Source: the human T2T-CHM13v2.0 reference genome, Homo sapiens. Taken from it: a stretch of DNA of 64,000 nt. Both the position numbers and the translations under genes were made by a program. The stretch is taken from the NCBI RefSeq assembly GCF_009914755.1, contig NC_060943.1. One strand, 5' to 3'. Shown here one piece after another: positions 60,189 through 64,000 of this stretch. How positions within the stretch are numbered: the stretch's first letter is position 1; the number at the start of each line of letters is the position of its first letter. A model generated the notes under the pieces. That model was given only the letters and a program-made list of their open reading frames with translations, was not told where the DNA came from and ran no database searches.

Positions 60189-62708
60189 TAGTAGAGACAG
60201 GGTTTCACCCTGTTGGCCAGGCTGGTCTTGGACTCCTGACCTCAGATGATCTGCCTGCCTCGGCCTCCCAAACTGCTGGGATTACAGGTGTGAGCCACCA
60301 CGCCCAGCCCTTATTTTTTTTTTTTTTAATTTGTAGAGATGAGGTCTTGCTATGTTGCCCAGGCTGGGCTCAAACTCCTGGGCTCAAGCAATCCTCCCTT
60401 CTCAGCCTCTCAAAGTGCTGGGATTATAGGCATGAATAATCGTGCCAGGCCAAAGACAAGTTTTAACAGTCAGCTCTCTGGCCACAAATTATTTATATTC
60501 CTTCCACATGCAAAATAGACTCATGTCTTTCCTCAACCTCAAAAATCTCATCTACTATGGCAGGCTCAGATGCAAGCCCCAGGATCTCATCATCTAAATC
60601 AGATCCAAGTGTTGGGGAGGCTACAGTATTGCCAGCATATAGACCCTCGAGCACTTCTGGAGAGAGGGATACAGGTGCAACTATTTGGGAGAGCAAAGGA
60701 TGAATATGTAGAGCTGTGCTGCCCATCATGATAGCCACTAGCCACATACAGTAATTAAATTTAAATAAAATGAAATAAATTGAAAATTCAGTTCCTGCAT
60801 TGCACTTGCCAAATTTTAAATACCTAACAGCCACATTGGACCGTAAAGATGCACAATATTTCTGTCATTGCAGAAAGTTCTAATGAACAGCACTGATTAG
60901 ACCATATAAGCACAGGTATGCCCTGTGACCCAGCAATCTTCAGTTCAGGTTCTCCCAAAAGCATATCCTGAAGCCAAAGATGCAGGTGGCTTATTTGGGA
61001 GCTGTTTCCCAGAAGCACAAGCGAGTGGGGAAACTGAGCCAGGAAGAGCAAAAAGCCAATAAATGGTGCAGAGTCTGGAGTAGAGGGAGGCACCTAGAGC
61101 ACTTCCCTGACTCAGAGTGAGCACCTCCTTAATTTTTGTTTGTTTGTTTGTTTGTTGAGACAGAGTCTCACTCTGTCACCCAGGCTGGAGTGCTGTGGCA
61201 CAATCTCGGCTCACTGCAGCCTCCGCCTCCCAGGCTCAAGCGATTCCTGTGACTCAGCCTCCTGAGTAGCTGGGTTTACAGGCACATGCCACCACACCCA
61301 GCTAATTTTTGTATTTTTAGTAGAGACAGGGTTTCACCATGTTGGCCAGGCTGGTCTCGAACTCCTGGGCTCAGGTGATCTGCCCACCTCGGCCTCCCAA
61401 AATGCTGGGATTACAGGTGTGAGCCACCACGCCTGGCCCCCTGCTTAAATTTTGACTCTGGTCCCCTAATTTGACCCACCCTAATTCCAGCCCCCAAAAA
61501 GGCTACTGCTGTGAGCAGCTAGAAGTCATTTGTTCTGGGGACAGTCAGAAGATCAAGGAGTCATGTAGAAGTCGCCCGAGAATTGACCCTCCAAGGGAAA
61601 GGGAAGCTGCAGTATTTATTCCATTGCTTTCAGCCCTCACTGTTTGAGGACTGCTACTGGGGGAATCAATCCTGCTACTTCCAGTCCATTCTGCATGTGG
61701 GCAGTAGAAAGGCCTTGGTCTCCAGCAGAGAAGCAGAAAGATCCAAGCACGTGAGGCAGGAAACTGTCAGCCTGTGTGGGAACTGACCACCATATCCACA
61801 AGCCGAGGGGATACAGTAGAGGGCATCAGCTGGTGTGCTACCGTATATTCCAGAAAGCCGCCCACCCAGAGGACAGGTGTGAGCCTTATGGTAATGGGGA
61901 GCTAGAGGCAACCTAAGTGTCCATCACTGGGGGAATAGGTAAGTAAAAGTGCTGTGGTTGTATACACCATGAAATACAGTGCACAGGAAACTTGATGTAC
62001 ACAGCTTGTGAAGAGATCTCAGAAGCAGTGTTAAGTTAAAAAATAAAAAAGAAAGAAGTAGAAGATTTATAGCACAATTCCACTTATGTAAATTGGAAAC
62101 ACATACACACACGAGATCACAAATTATAAAGATACATCTTTGCAGCTATTTATCAAGTGCATTATAGTGGGTGTCTGTGGGGGTGCGATGGGAATGGGAA
62201 TTGGCAATGGAGGAATAAAAGCCTTGGAGGGTCTTTCATGGGCCAATTGTGATCCTGTGTTATGATCTGAAGAGTATGATTAATAACTTTCTGCACCAAA
62301 GGGCTAAGAAAAAAAATAAAGGAGTGAAAATAGGAAATGTCTGCACATCAGAGCAGTTTCTTACCTGCTACACAATTACTATTACTGCAGGGATGATGAT
62401 AGCAAGGCAACCAGACTCACCGCCTGCCTTCTCTCCAGGCAGCCCCTCCAGTCCCCAGGAAATGCGCTTGCCCCCAGCGAATAAGGAGTTCCCTACCCCT
62501 CTCATGCTACCCAGAGGGACAGAAAGGAGAAGTGGGCCTGCTACCCCCAGAGGTTCTCATCTTCTACCTGGGCTGCATATGGAATAGGGAGCAAGTACAT
62601 AGGACTCATCATACCCCATTTCTGCCTCTATCCCACTGTGGGACCTTAGGCAAGTCACTTTGCCTTCCTATGCCTCAGTTATCTCACTAGTAAAATGGGC
62701 ATGATTAT

Positions 62709-63635
<927 letters not shown>

Positions 63636-63846
63636 ATTATAAAAATAACTACTCAGAGAAACATTAGGAGCATGAACTGAAATTAGTTAATGGGACATTC
63701 TTAAACCAATGGCAGAAGCTCCTTCTTGGCCAGGAGCAGTGGCTCATGCCTTTAATACTAGCACTTTGCGAGGCTGAAGCAGGAGGATGGCTTAAGGCCA
63801 GGAGTTCAAGACTGGCCTGGGCAACATAGTGAGACCCCTATCTCTA

Positions 63847-63999
<153 letters not shown>

Positions 64000-64000
64000 A

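Overview
Human type III interferon (IFN-lambda) cluster, recognised as chr19q13.2 from the encoded proteins; no search was run. Left to right: the truncated pseudogene IFNL3P1 (-), IFNL3 (-, 196/200 aa), IFNL4 (-, carrying the frameshifting TT allele), a ~15 kb repeat-rich spacer with a MER41 LTR, a processed MSRB1 pseudogene, an LTR13-like solo LTR and a MER4 LTR, then IFNL4P1 (+), IFNL2 (+, 200 aa), an orphan IFNL intron/exon fragment, and ~22 kb of Alu/L1/LTR/Hsmar1 repeats that probably lead into the IFNL1 upstream region. IFNL3+IFNL4 (~10.0-17.3 kb) and IFNL4P1+IFNL2 (~32.2-41.3 kb) are the arms of an inverted duplication with patchy homogenisation. The haplotype carries the derived, HCV-clearance-associated alleles at the well-known SNPs. 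Most notable: (1) IFNL4P1 is inactivated by a single nonsense base and is otherwise an intact 5-exon, 177-codon IFN-lambda4 paralogue whose lesion complements the IFNL4-TT lesion; (2) a sixth IFNL fragment sits inside a MaLR LTR downstream of IFNL2; (3) a MER41 LTR with a perfect GAS site lies upstream of IFNL4; (4) two iterative templated-insertion scars are present. Nearly all short ORFs in the supplied track are Alu-derived or antisense noise. rsIDs and repeat subfamily names are recalled from flanking or consensus sequence and need database confirmation.
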